From: Bacteroidia bacterium
Lineage (GTDB): Bacteria > Bacteroidota > Bacteroidia > NS11-12g > UBA955
DNA length: 64,000 nt
Assembly: GCA_044341025.1 (NCBI GenBank)
Contig: JBIISM010000013.1
Span: forward strand, 643-64,642
Direction: 5' to 3'
Shown here: positions 25,926 through 35,617 of the stretch, piece by piece
How positions within the stretch are numbered: the stretch's first letter is position 1
Layout: every line of letters starts with the position of its first letter
The notes under the pieces: generated by a model
What the model was told of the DNA's origin: nothing
The model's database searches: none
What the model saw: only the letters and a program-made list of their open reading frames with translations
Made by a program: the position numbers and the translations under genes

Positions 25926-26573
25926 ATGAACCCTAAAGTTGCTGCCTTTTTAAACGATGCCAATGCTTGGAAAGCCGAGTTGGAATGTCTTAGAAACATT
26001 GCAAACGACTGCGCCTTGGCCGAAGATTTTAAATGGGGTGTTCCTTGTTATACCTTCAATAACAGCAATGTGGTTTTAATCCATGGGTTTAAAAAGTATT
26101 GCGCCATCTTGTTTGTGAAAGGTGCGCTTTTAAGTGATTCGAAAAACATTTTGGTACAACAAACAGAGAATACCCAAGCCAGCCGTCAAATTCGCCTTAC
26201 AAGTGTTCAAGAAATTGAAAGTCTTGAATCAGATATCAAAGCCTATATTTATGAAGCCATAGAGATTGAAAAAGCCGGCTTGAAAGTTGAATTTAAACAA
26301 AGCAAAGAGCTTGATTTTGTACAAGAGCTGCAAAATAAATTGGAAGCCGATGCCACCTTTAACACTGCTTTTATGTCACTAACACCAGGGCGTCAAAGGG
26401 CATACAATATATTTTTCTCAGACAGCAAACAATCGGCTACCCGCATTTCTAGAATTGAAAAGTCGACCACTAGAATCCTAAAAGGGAAGGGGCTTAACGA
26501 TTGCGTATGTGGCTTGTCTAAGAAAATGCCGTCTTGCGATGGCTCACACAAAATTCTCAAACCAATAGATTGA
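25926..26573 (+). CDS. DUF1801/YdeI-OmdA family protein with a C-terminal CDGSH motif
   Basis: KWGVPCY, LTPGRQRAY and terminal CVCGLSKKMPSCDGSH. Confidence 0.85.
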   Translation: MNPKVAAFLNDANAWKAELECLRNIANDCALAEDFKWGVPCYTFNNSNVVLIHGFKKYCAILFVKGALLSDSKNILVQQTENTQASRQIRLTSVQEIESLESDIKAYIYEAIEIEKAGLKVEFKQSKELDFVQELQNKLEADATFNTAFMSLTPGRQRAYNIFFSDSKQSATRISRIEKSTTRILKGKGLNDCVCGLSKKMPSCDGSHKILKPID

Positions 26574-26604
26574 TTTCAAAGACTTCAATCTTAATAAAAT
26601 AAAA

Positions 26605-26979
26605 ATGAACAGATCAGAACAAATAAGCGCTCTGCGTACCGAAATTCCTACCGATGCCGAACGCAGCTCGCTGCCACTTGAACAATTTCAAAATTCAAGT
26701 TTGCGCCCCATACTCAAATTTCAAAACGATTTGTTTTTGGTCTATTTCAAATCCCAATTAAATGGCGCTGAAATACCCGACTTTAAAATGGAAATTGAAC
26801 AGTTTGTGAAATTGCGTTTGCAAAAGGATATGACCATCAGAAACACTTTAATTGGTATGGTCTTAGCCCTTTTAACAGAAGATGAATTGCAATATTTCAT
26901 TGAACATAAAAACGAGATGAATAAGCGCATAGTTGATATGCTAAGCCAGCGCATTGCCGAGCAATTGGGCAAGAAGTAA
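26605..26979 (+). CDS. Conserved Bacteroidota hypothetical protein
   Basis: EQFQNSSLRPILKFQNDL...RNTLIGMV...EMNKRI motif family. Confidence 0.7.
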   Translation: MNRSEQISALRTEIPTDAERSSLPLEQFQNSSLRPILKFQNDLFLVYFKSQLNGAEIPDFKMEIEQFVKLRLQKDMTIRNTLIGMVLALLTEDELQYFIEHKNEMNKRIVDMLSQRIAEQLGKK

Positions 26980-27011
26980 AACATTAAAATTACATAGACT
27001 GTTTATTTCGT

Positions 27012-27482
27012 ATGAAATCAGTACTTAGATTACTTGCTTGTATTGTAATTTGTTTGGCCATTGGAGGTGTCTCTGGACTTGCTACCATAGGTGGTTTAAA
27101 GACTTGGTATCCCAATTTAATGAAACCGAGTTTTAATCCGCCCAATTATTTATTTGGACCTGTATGGTCTGCGCTATATGCTTTGATGGGGCTTAGTTTG
27201 TATTTGATTCTAAAATCAGAAAAAAATGCAAATAGAAATCTCGCACTAAAAGTTTTCTTTTTACAATTGACTTTGAATTTTTCTTGGAGCTTCTTATTCT
27301 TTACGTTCAATTGGCTTGGCATTTCTTTTATTGAAATATTAGCCATTTGGGTTTGTATACTTTGGATGATCGTTTCTTTTTGGCGCTGCAACAAAACAGC
27401 TGCCCTTATCCAAATTCCATATTTATGTTGGGTAAGTTTTGCTTCGGTTTTAAACGGAAGCATATGGTTTCTCAATCTATAA
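27012..27482 (+). CDS. tspO: TspO/MBR tryptophan-rich sensory protein
   Basis: WYPNLMKPSFNPPNYLFGPVW...LNFSWSFLFF...PYLCWVSFA. Confidence 0.95.
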   Translation: MKSVLRLLACIVICLAIGGVSGLATIGGLKTWYPNLMKPSFNPPNYLFGPVWSALYALMGLSLYLILKSEKNANRNLALKVFFLQLTLNFSWSFLFFTFNWLGISFIEILAIWVCILWMIVSFWRCNKTAALIQIPYLCWVSFASVLNGSIWFLNL

Positions 27483-27516
27483 AAAAACCCGTCTTGTTGG
27501 TACAAGACGGGTTTTT
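27483..27516. terminator. Bidirectional intrinsic terminator
   Basis: AAAAACCCGTCTTGT-TGGT-ACAAGACGGGTTTTT between convergent genes. Confidence 0.85.
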
Positions 27517-27538
27517 AAATATCAAATAAAAATCAATC

Positions 27539-29515
27539 TTAGTTGATTGTCATTTTCTTAGTTACAGAGTGGGTAGCAGTTTTTACTGTGTAGAAGTAAA
27601 TACCAGCAGCCAAACCGTCAGCGTTCATGTTTATTGAATGGTTACCAGCACCTTTAGAACCGAAGTCTTGCGTGCTAACAACTTGACCAGATACATTGGT
27701 GATTTCGATTGTAACATTAGACTCAGTGTTCAACCAAATGATAACATCTGAATTGCTGCTGAATGGATTTGGGAAGTTTTGAGAAACCACGAATACTTCT
27801 TGGTTTGCATCAAATTGCTCAACACCTAAGCTCCAAAGCGTTTGGATAGAACCGTCTAAAATTTTAGCAACTGGAATAGCCGCATACATGATGTCGTTGA
27901 TACCAGAAGGGTGGTTGTTGTCTGCAGTGCTGTTGTTTTGTAGGTTTGTACCTGCAATAGCATCTACTTGGAAAATAACGTGAACAAAATTGTTAACTTT
28001 CTTAGCAACGCAAGCGAATTCTTCTTCCAAGCCTTGTATTTGAGTGATGTCTTGAGAAGCAGCCCAATTGGCTCCACCATCAGAAGAGTGAACCATCATG
28101 ATGTCTCTTAAGTTTACATTGTTAGCATCTACGTCTTGCTCCAATGGGAAAGAGAAAGTTACGAAAATATTGCCACTCGCATCAATACCGGCAGAAGGAG
28201 AGTGCAACAATGACGTGTTACCCAATCTAGCTACAGAAGAAATACCGTTGTTTTTTAATGTTTGAGGAACCAAACCACCAGACAACGCTGCAGTATTACC
28301 AGCAGAAACATCTAATGTTCCGTTTTTGTCGCGGTCAAATTGAGAGCCGCCAGCAATGAATTGAACTTGGCCAGTGCTTTCGCTCCAGTGTGCCAATAAA
28401 GAAGTACCAGGAAAGAAGCTGTATGAAGCATCAGATGTATCGTCATCAAATACTTTACTTACACCCCAAAATGCGTGAACTTTGTTGTTGTTGTCAATTA
28501 ATACTTCAACAGAACCGTCACATACACTCGGCGTATCCAACATTAATTTTTTGTCGTTGTAAGGTGCATAGGCAAATGAATCAGCAATAATTCTTGTGAA
28601 AGTTGAACCATTGTCAGTAGACTTCCAAACCATAACGTCTTTTAATTGGTCACCAGTTACAATAGCAACTACTGAACCACGCACATCAATTGCATATTCA
28701 TCGCCACCACCAGAAGTTATACGGGTGCTGTCATAACCTGGTAATATTGAATGTTGAATGTCCCAAGTTGCACCACCATCGGTAGAACGGCTGTAGGTCA
28801 AAGGCGCAAATACACCTTTTCTTTTTGGTGCTCTAGGCTCACCGGGTTGAGAGGAGTCAGCGTATGTTCCAATGCAGTGGAAATAGTTGCCGCTGTTGGC
28901 TACTCTGCCCCATAATGGTCTTAAACTGTTTTCAGTTAGAACTGAACTGCCCGAGGACCATGAAGTGCTTCCAATAGCTGCATTATTAGACAATACATAT
29001 CCGCCATTGGCCGCATCGTGTCCCATAACCCATTCTTTGCCGTTGTTCACACCAATTGAAGGCCACCCCAAACGAACACTTTCAACTCTGTTAGTTGGAT
29101 TGCCTACGCTTAACCAACTGCTTAAGTTGAAGTGGTTGTAACCAGTTCCACGGTTTGCATAGGTTGCATCATTTGAAGTTGTCCAAGCAACCGATACTTT
29201 TCCGTCGTCTTGTAATACAACTCTTCTACCAATACTTGCGTTGGTTTGTAAATCGTAGTAAGTGCTTCCAACTTTTACGAAATTATATGAAATAATCCCA
29301 CGTTTTGCACTGCTTTTTGGTGCAGCTTTGCTTGCACCTGCATTTGCCATTGAATCAAATGTGCTGTTGTCAACAGTGCCAGCAGTTTGGCTGCTAAGCA
29401 ACTGAGGACCTCCAACCGTCATTTGACTAAATTTAGAGGCATCTTTGCTTTGAGAAAATGCCATGAATGGCAAAACCAAAGCGGTAATAAGTAATTTTTT
29501 GTTCATGATTAACAA
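27539..29515 (-). CDS. Secreted BNR/Asp-box propeller protein with T9SS type A C-terminal domain
   Basis: Signal peptide; SxDGGxxW boxes (STDGGATW, STDNGSTF, SSDGGANW); QNFPNPF...GIYFY..K..IN. Confidence 0.85.
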   Translation of the reverse strand: MLIMNKKLLITALVLPFMAFSQSKDASKFSQMTVGGPQLLSSQTAGTVDNSTFDSMANAGASKAAPKSSAKRGIISYNFVKVGSTYYDLQTNASIGRRVVLQDDGKVSVAWTTSNDATYANRGTGYNHFNLSSWLSVGNPTNRVESVRLGWPSIGVNNGKEWVMGHDAANGGYVLSNNAAIGSTSWSSGSSVLTENSLRPLWGRVANSGNYFHCIGTYADSSQPGEPRAPKRKGVFAPLTYSRSTDGGATWDIQHSILPGYDSTRITSGGGDEYAIDVRGSVVAIVTGDQLKDVMVWKSTDNGSTFTRIIADSFAYAPYNDKKLMLDTPSVCDGSVEVLIDNNNKVHAFWGVSKVFDDDTSDASYSFFPGTSLLAHWSESTGQVQFIAGGSQFDRDKNGTLDVSAGNTAALSGGLVPQTLKNNGISSVARLGNTSLLHSPSAGIDASGNIFVTFSFPLEQDVDANNVNLRDIMMVHSSDGGANWAASQDITQIQGLEEEFACVAKKVNNFVHVIFQVDAIAGTNLQNNSTADNNHPSGINDIMYAAIPVAKILDGSIQTLWSLGVEQFDANQEVFVVSQNFPNPFSSNSDVIIWLNTESNVTIEITNVSGQVVSTQDFGSKGAGNHSINMNADGLAAGIYFYTVKTATHSVTKKMTIN

Positions 29516-29679
29516 TCGTATATTTTTGTTTTAATGGCGCAAAATACCTTGAAAATTGGAAATTATAAAATAAAAATTAAAATAATTATGAATTGAATAA
29601 TACCCTTTTGTTATTTAATTCCTTGATCGGCTTTGGTGTAAAAACTTAAGCCTTAAAAATGAGAGTATTGCAGATTTTG

Positions 29680-30729
29680 TTAAACCAATTTTAATTGATG
29701 TGGAATCTCGGCAATGCGCAAAATTTTAACCACCAATTCAATCATCAATTGTCCGTCGTCTGTGCCAGCATCATCAACGCCCTTAGATCTTAAGTCGTAA
29801 TACTTCAAAAAAGCAAAGATTTGTTCAATCATTAAAGGCAAGTAATTTTCGCTTGCTTGCTTATAATCGTCCAAAAAGAATTCATTAACGCCCAATGTGC
29901 TGGCAATGTCTTTTCTTGGCTTGCTCTTGATGCCATGGTAGGTGTATACTTTTGAGAAATAGGAGTATAAGTTTGCAATCAAAGGAATAATAGAATGCTG
30001 CTTGGTGTTCGATGCAAAATAATGGGTAATTTGAATCGACTTGTTGAAATTCTTTTGGCCTATGGCTTTTTGTAATTCAAAAATATTGTAGTCTTTGCTT
30101 ACACCAATATTTTGTTCAATGTGTGTTACGCCAATAACGGCTACGTCTTCTTTTACATTGATTAAAAGCTTGTCAACCTCATTGGCAATCTTACTTAAGT
30201 CGTTGCCCAAATAGTCTGCAATTAATTGAACCGCTTTAATGTCTATGGCCCTTTTCATTGATCTGAAATAGGTTTCTATCCAAGGTGTGATTTCATAATC
30301 GCGCAGTCTTTCGGCCGTAAAATGGGTGTATTTGCCAAAAAGCTTTCCAACCTTTTTACGCTTGTCTACTTTTTTGCCTTTGTAACACAAAACCAATATT
30401 GTGGTGGCACTTGGGTTTTCAACATAGTCTTCCAATAGCTCAATATCGCTTATGTTCTGAGCTTCTTTGATGATGATTAATTGGTATTCACTCATCATTG
30501 GGTAGCGCTTGGCGGCCATTTTAATCTCCAAAGGAGAAATGTCTTTGCCATAGGCAATGGTTTGGTTAAAACTCTTTTCTTCTGGTTTTAGAACTTCCTG
30601 TTCTAGAGTTCTGGTAATTTCATCAATGTAAAAAGTTTCATCCCCTTCGAGCAAATATATGGGCATGAATTTTCTGCGCTTGATGTCGCCAACAATTTGA
30701 TCGAATTTTATTGTGGTCTGATTCGCCAT
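29680..30729 (-). CDS. holA: DNA polymerase III delta subunit
   Basis: PIYLLEGDETFYID, FNQTIAYGKD, YPMMSEYQLIIIKEAQ and GVSKDYNIFELQKA motifs. Confidence 0.95.
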   Translation of the reverse strand: MANQTTIKFDQIVGDIKRRKFMPIYLLEGDETFYIDEITRTLEQEVLKPEEKSFNQTIAYGKDISPLEIKMAAKRYPMMSEYQLIIIKEAQNISDIELLEDYVENPSATTILVLCYKGKKVDKRKKVGKLFGKYTHFTAERLRDYEITPWIETYFRSMKRAIDIKAVQLIADYLGNDLSKIANEVDKLLINVKEDVAVIGVTHIEQNIGVSKDYNIFELQKAIGQKNFNKSIQITHYFASNTKQHSIIPLIANLYSYFSKVYTYHGIKSKPRKDIASTLGVNEFFLDDYKQASENYLPLMIEQIFAFLKYYDLRSKGVDDAGTDDGQLMIELVVKILRIAEIPHQLKLV

Positions 30730-31199
30730 TATGTTTTAAGTTCGCAGAAGTGAAACTGAATTTTAAGTCCTACAATTTTACAACAAAAGAAGAACAAGGT
30801 AATACACTAATTTTCGACATTGTGAGGAAAAAGTATGTCGTCCTAACACCCGAAGAGTGGGTAAGGCAGCATATTATTCATTTTTTGATCGATGATTTGT
30901 CGGTTCCTGTTGGACTAATTTCTGTAGAAAGGGCACTCACTTTCAATGGTTTGAAAAAAAGATTTGACATTTGTGCGGCTACAAATACTGGAAGGATGTT
31001 CCTTCTTGTGGAATGCAAAGCACCAGGCGTGGCCTTGTCTAAAGCAACGCTGCACCAAGCAGGGATTTACCATCAAACATTAGGGGTACAATGCATACTT
31101 CTGAGCAATGGTCTCAACCACGTTGGCATGCTATGGGATGTTGAAAGTGAAAAATTTGTGCAAGTGTCTGAAATACCGAACTATTCGCTTTGGTCTTGA
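30711..31199 (+). CDS. HsdR_N-domain protein (conserved holA neighbour)
   Basis: IFDIVRKKYVVLTPEEWVRQH...LLVECKAP...LSNGL. Confidence 0.85.
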   Translation: MWSDSPLCFKFAEVKLNFKSYNFTTKEEQGNTLIFDIVRKKYVVLTPEEWVRQHIIHFLIDDLSVPVGLISVERALTFNGLKKRFDICAATNTGRMFLLVECKAPGVALSKATLHQAGIYHQTLGVQCILLSNGLNHVGMLWDVESEKFVQVSEIPNYSLWS

Positions 31200-32365
31200 G
31201 CATTAAACTGCTTAAATGGATTTCTTTTTTTCCATTCATCACCAATATTGCCTTCAAACCAAGAGCCAATAAAATTGAAAGCCAGGCGAATGATGCCTGG
31301 TTTTACCCAAATGTAATTATAGTTCTCTACTGCATGCGCCCCAGCATTTGCTTTTGCTTCTCTGGCTGTTCGGCCCATTTCAATGGTTTTAAACCTATTG
31401 ACGATTGCACATTTTATGCCGTCAAATAGTAAATTGAAATACAAGTTGTATTGCTTGTTGTACTCATAATCCAAGCCAATATAATGAATCTCCATTTTTG
31501 CTTTGTTAGGATAATAGATGTTGCTGCTAAAAGCTATCATCGTTTCTCCCAGATAGTAAGCATAAACTCTAAAATTCTCGCCTAAATTCTTTTTCATTTC
31601 AACAAAGTACTCTGCATTTAAAATGCCCAAAGCAATGCTCTGCTTTTGAACAATGTTTTGGTACAATTCTGTTATACGGCCTTTTTCTTCAACTAATTCT
31701 TCTACCCCCAGGTCTTTTATTGCCAAGGTTTGCATCGATTTCTGAATCTTTACTGCTCTTTGTCTATACTTTCTTGACAACACGTTTAAGTAGTCGTCGA
31801 AGCTATTCCATTCTTCTCGAATGTCCAACTCCATGGTTAAGTCTTGCTTAAACGATCTAAATTGGTGGCATGTAAATTGTTTTGGGGTGAATTCTCTTGA
31901 ACAATCTTTCAATAAAATGCCACACAAGCCATTCTCTTTTTTTGTTTCCAAACGGTACAATTGAAGACAATCAAAAATTTGCTCTCTGTGGCTCTTCTCA
32001 ATGAAATAAAACCCTTGGAAGTTAACCCGAAACAAATTGCCGCAAATCAACAACTGTACACTTTGTGTAATGATGCACTGCTTTAATTGCTTTAAGACCG
32101 GCCGGTCAAAAATATTGTGGTGGTAGTGTTTGCTGTTGAAATTAAAACATTGCAAATACATAAGGCCTATGATTGCATTGTTTTGGTAAATGTTTACATA
32201 CCTAAAATCAATGTCTTCAGGCTTTGCGTTTTCTAAAGCCTCGATGTCTGAATTGCGAAGGTGGTGTTGCTCTGGCAAAATTTTAGCCCATGTTTCCTTT
32301 ACCTGTTGATAGGTGTAGGCAGTTTGAAAACTAAAGGTGTTTTGAACAGAACCTCGGTAAAACAT
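31181..32365 (-). CDS. GNAT-domain protein (BioF2-like acetyltransferase family)
   Basis: FDDYLNVLSRKYRQR and EMGRTAREAKANAGA motifs. Confidence 0.7.
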   Translation of the reverse strand: MFYRGSVQNTFSFQTAYTYQQVKETWAKILPEQHHLRNSDIEALENAKPEDIDFRYVNIYQNNAIIGLMYLQCFNFNSKHYHHNIFDRPVLKQLKQCIITQSVQLLICGNLFRVNFQGFYFIEKSHREQIFDCLQLYRLETKKENGLCGILLKDCSREFTPKQFTCHQFRSFKQDLTMELDIREEWNSFDDYLNVLSRKYRQRAVKIQKSMQTLAIKDLGVEELVEEKGRITELYQNIVQKQSIALGILNAEYFVEMKKNLGENFRVYAYYLGETMIAFSSNIYYPNKAKMEIHYIGLDYEYNKQYNLYFNLLFDGIKCAIVNRFKTIEMGRTAREAKANAGAHAVENYNYIWVKPGIIRLAFNFIGSWFEGNIGDEWKKRNPFKQFNAQDQSE

Positions 32366-32366
32366 T

Positions 32367-33098
32367 CTATTTGGGCTCGCTTGTTTTTTTTCTTAAGCGA
32401 ATATTCAGCATCTCTACAAACAAACTAAATGCCATTGAGAAATAAATATATCCTTTAGGCACGTGAATTTCGAATGCTTCAACAATCAGCATAAACCCAA
32501 TCATCAATAAAAAGGATAAAGCCAACATTTTAACGGTTGGGTGCTTGTCTACAAAATTCGAGATGCTTCCGCTAACTAACAGCATAATGATCATAGATAG
32601 TATAATGGAGAAAAACATCACTGGTATACTTTGGGTTAATCCAATTGCTGTAACAATTGAATCGACAGAGAATACCAAGTTTAACAACAATATTTGACCG
32701 ACAACTTTAGCCAAACTTTGCCTAGGCTTCTTTTCAGATTCTAAATGTTCGTCGACACTAAATTTATGGTGTATTTCGGTGGTCGATTTGTAGATTAAAA
32801 ACAAACCGCCTGCAATTAAAATCATGTCTTTAATGCTGATATTCTTTCCTTCAAAATCGATCGGCAATGTGAACAATGTCGATTGTGATTCAATAACCAA
32901 CTGAATAAGCACCAACAATATCAACCTCAACAACATGGCTAAAAGTAAACCAATGTTACGGGCTTTCTTTTGCTCGTGTTTTGCAACTCTGCCAGCAACA
33001 ATATTTACAAAAATAATATTGTCAATACCTAGAACAACCTCCATAAAGGTTAATGTAAAAAGGCTAATCAGGCCTGCTGAACTCAATATTTCTTCCAT
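32367..33098 (-). CDS. TerC family membrane protein
   Basis: MEVVLGIDNIIFV, FSVDSIVTAIG, HPTVKMLALSFL and PKGYIYFSMAFS motifs. Confidence 0.93.
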   Translation of the reverse strand: MEEILSSAGLISLFTLTFMEVVLGIDNIIFVNIVAGRVAKHEQKKARNIGLLLAMLLRLILLVLIQLVIESQSTLFTLPIDFEGKNISIKDMILIAGGLFLIYKSTTEIHHKFSVDEHLESEKKPRQSLAKVVGQILLLNLVFSVDSIVTAIGLTQSIPVMFFSIILSMIIMLLVSGSISNFVDKHPTVKMLALSFLLMIGFMLIVEAFEIHVPKGYIYFSMAFSLFVEMLNIRLRKKTSEPK

Positions 33099-33131
33099 TT
33101 GTTTTGCAAAAATAAATGTTTAATCAGATTG

Positions 33132-33863
33132 CTACTTGATTCTTTTAAACATTTCGGTGTTTTCAAGATAAAACCCACGCATTAATAGACGAAATGCTTC
33201 AGTCTTTTGGCCATCTGCATGCGTTAAATTAAAATGTTCCACTTCAGCTGGCTTATTGTTTGCTAAACTGAAGCACAGGATGCTGCGGTAATGTTTTTGT
33301 GGTTTGTTGTAGATATGAATCTCCTTAACCGCAAAAAGATGATGGGTCTCGGCCATTTTTTTAAATTCTATTGCTTCTTGAGGTGGGTAAATAAGCCAAA
33401 ACAATCCATTGGGATTAAGTATTTCTTTAATCCTTTTGATGAGTTGCACAGGATCCAAAGTTTTGTTGTGTATGGCTCTGTTTTTCTCACTGTCTGCCTT
33501 TTCTAAATGGTTTTTAAAATAGGGTGGGTTGCAAACAATCAAATCAAATGTATGGTTGAAGGGATATTGCAATGCATCGGCATTTATAGCAACAATTTGC
33601 TTGTTAAAAACACTTTTTTGAATGTTGTTTATGGCTTGCTCGTAAACCGATTTCTCAATTTCAATTGCTGTAAGCTGGGTATTGGGGTATCGCTGCGCCA
33701 GAAACAAGGCTATAACACCCGTACCCGTGCCAATGTCCAAACAATGTATTGGGTTGTCAAATTCTGAAATTGCCCCTAAAATACAGGCATCACTGTTTAC
33801 TTTTAACCCTTTGTCTTGACTGAAGATGCTGAATTGTTGGAAATGAAAAAAGCTATTTCCCAC
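33132..33863 (-). CDS. trmN6: tRNA1(Val) (adenine37-N6)-methyltransferase
   Basis: FHFQQF...KVNSDACILGA, LDIGTGTGVIAL and CNPPYF motifs. Confidence 0.9.
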   Translation of the reverse strand: MGNSFFHFQQFSIFSQDKGLKVNSDACILGAISEFDNPIHCLDIGTGTGVIALFLAQRYPNTQLTAIEIEKSVYEQAINNIQKSVFNKQIVAINADALQYPFNHTFDLIVCNPPYFKNHLEKADSEKNRAIHNKTLDPVQLIKRIKEILNPNGLFWLIYPPQEAIEFKKMAETHHLFAVKEIHIYNKPQKHYRSILCFSLANNKPAEVEHFNLTHADGQKTEAFRLLMRGFYLENTEMFKRIK

Positions 33864-33869
33864 TTGAAA

Positions 33870-34916
33870 TTACAAAATCAACATTGCATCACCGTAGCAT
33901 TGGAAGTTGTATTTCTTCTTAATTGCTTCTTTGTATGCGTCAATTACGAAATCATATCCGCCAAATGCTGTGGCAAGCATCATCAGGGTGCTTTCTGGCG
34001 CATGCAAATTGGTGATAAAGGCATTGGCAATTGAGAAATCATAGACCGGTGAAATAAACTTATCCGTCCAACCTGTACTTGCATTCAAGGTTCCAGTTGA
34101 CGAAACAGATGATTCGAGAGCCCTCATGGCGCCTGAACCAACCGCAACTATTCTTTTTTTGGTGAGTTGGGTAGCATTAACCAACGAAGCAGTTTGCTCA
34201 CTAATTGAATAACTCTCAGAATCCATTTTATGTTTACTCAAGTCTTCTACTTCTACATTTCTAAAAGTACCTAGTCCTTGGTGCAAGGTCAATTCTGTGA
34301 ATCTTACCCCTTTGATGTCCATGCGCATCATCAATTCTCTGCTGAAGTGCAAGCCTGCTGTTGGCGGAGCTACTGCACCTTCTACAGATGCGAATATCGT
34401 TTGGTAGCGTTCTTCGTCTTCTTTCTTAACCGCACGGTCAATATATTTTGGTATTGGCGTTTCTCCAAGTTTTCTAACGATGCTGTTAAACTCCTCCTTG
34501 CTGCCATCAAATAAGAAACGGATGGTTCTTCCTCTGCTGGTGGTATTGTCAACTACCTCAGCAACCAAATCGTCGTCGCCGAAATACAATTTATTGCCCA
34601 CACGGATTTTGCGCGCTGGATCAACCAGCACATCCCATAATTTATGCTCCTCATTTAATTCTCTCAACAAGAAAACTTCAATCTTAGCACCCGTCTTTTC
34701 TTTGTTGCCATACATTCTTGCTGGAAATACGCGTGTGTTGTTCATGATGAACAAATCGTCTTCTTCAAAAAGGTCTAAAATGTCCTTGAATTTTTTATGC
34801 TCAATTTTTTGAGTGGCTCTGTTTAATACCATAAGTTTGCTCTCATCGCGGTTTTTGTTCGGATCTTGTGCAATCAAGTTTGCTGGTAAATCAAAGCTGA
34901 ATTTAGATAATTTCAT
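33870..34916 (-). CDS. queA: S-adenosylmethionine:tRNA ribosyltransferase-isomerase
   Basis: [16 protein letters not shown]...[21 protein letters not shown] and YGDAMLIL motifs. Confidence 0.97.
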   Translation of the reverse strand: MKLSKFSFDLPANLIAQDPNKNRDESKLMVLNRATQKIEHKKFKDILDLFEEDDLFIMNNTRVFPARMYGNKEKTGAKIEVFLLRELNEEHKLWDVLVDPARKIRVGNKLYFGDDDLVAEVVDNTTSRGRTIRFLFDGSKEEFNSIVRKLGETPIPKYIDRAVKKEDEERYQTIFASVEGAVAPPTAGLHFSRELMMRMDIKGVRFTELTLHQGLGTFRNVEVEDLSKHKMDSESYSISEQTASLVNATQLTKKRIVAVGSGAMRALESSVSSTGTLNASTGWTDKFISPVYDFSIANAFITNLHAPESTLMMLATAFGGYDFVIDAYKEAIKKKYNFQCYGDAMLIL

Positions 34917-35013
34917 TGGACTATAATTAGGGTAAAAAAGGGTGCAAAATTAATAAAATTTTAGGTAAAAGGCAAGTTTATTATTTTATTAATACGATTG
35001 AGCCCTGAATTGT

Positions 35014-35568
35014 TTATTCGTCTTTTAGGCTTTCGCAAATACCTTCTACCTTTTTTTGGGCCCTTTCATAGGCCAAATCAGTCTCTTTTAATGGTTTTAG
35101 AATTTTATCGGCCAAGGCATAAAGTAGAGTTACATCCTCTTTTTCTTTTCTGAAATACGTTAGAAAGGTTTCTTTTTCATAGTCTTTGCTGTGCGCCGAT
35201 TCTTTTAATGTTTTTAATTGAATCAAAAGTTCTTCGATTTCCATCACAATTGGTTTGAAACTGTCAATGGCTTTGCCATACAATTTGCCATAACTCTTAT
35301 ATTCGTCCATTAACTGTGCAGTTTCTAAATCCACAATTAAGTTTTTTTCTCTGTACCTAGAGTCGCAAAATTCATAATTGTGCTTGATAATGTCTTTGCG
35401 CTCTTGGATTTCCTCTAAGGGCATATAATCCAACCAAGTGCGTATGGTTTGCACACGTCTTTGTAAAGTGTCTATCAACTCTAACTCGGCTTTTACCTCA
35501 TAATCGGCTTTGTAACCATCTTTACAAGACATCAACAAGAACAAGCAGGGAATAAAATATTTAAACAT
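35014..35568 (-). CDS. Hypothetical helical lipoprotein
   Basis: Lipobox LMSC; coiled-coil-like composition. Confidence 0.65.
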   Translation of the reverse strand: MFKYFIPCLFLLMSCKDGYKADYEVKAELELIDTLQRRVQTIRTWLDYMPLEEIQERKDIIKHNYEFCDSRYREKNLIVDLETAQLMDEYKSYGKLYGKAIDSFKPIVMEIEELLIQLKTLKESAHSKDYEKETFLTYFRKEKEDVTLLYALADKILKPLKETDLAYERAQKKVEGICESLKDE

Positions 35569-35617
35569 ACTGCAAAATTATATTATTTTTATATAGTTTT
35601 GAACTCAAGTTTAATTT

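Noticed and set aside
30711-31199. Second HsdR_N protein as a defence gene
   Set aside because: It is a short, stand-alone gene divergent from holA in core-genome context, an arrangement common in Bacteroidota; there is no link to the island.
33132-33863. tRNA-Val methyltransferase near the tRNA-Val island
   Set aside because: It is a core gene in an operon with queA; the proximity is most simply coincidence.
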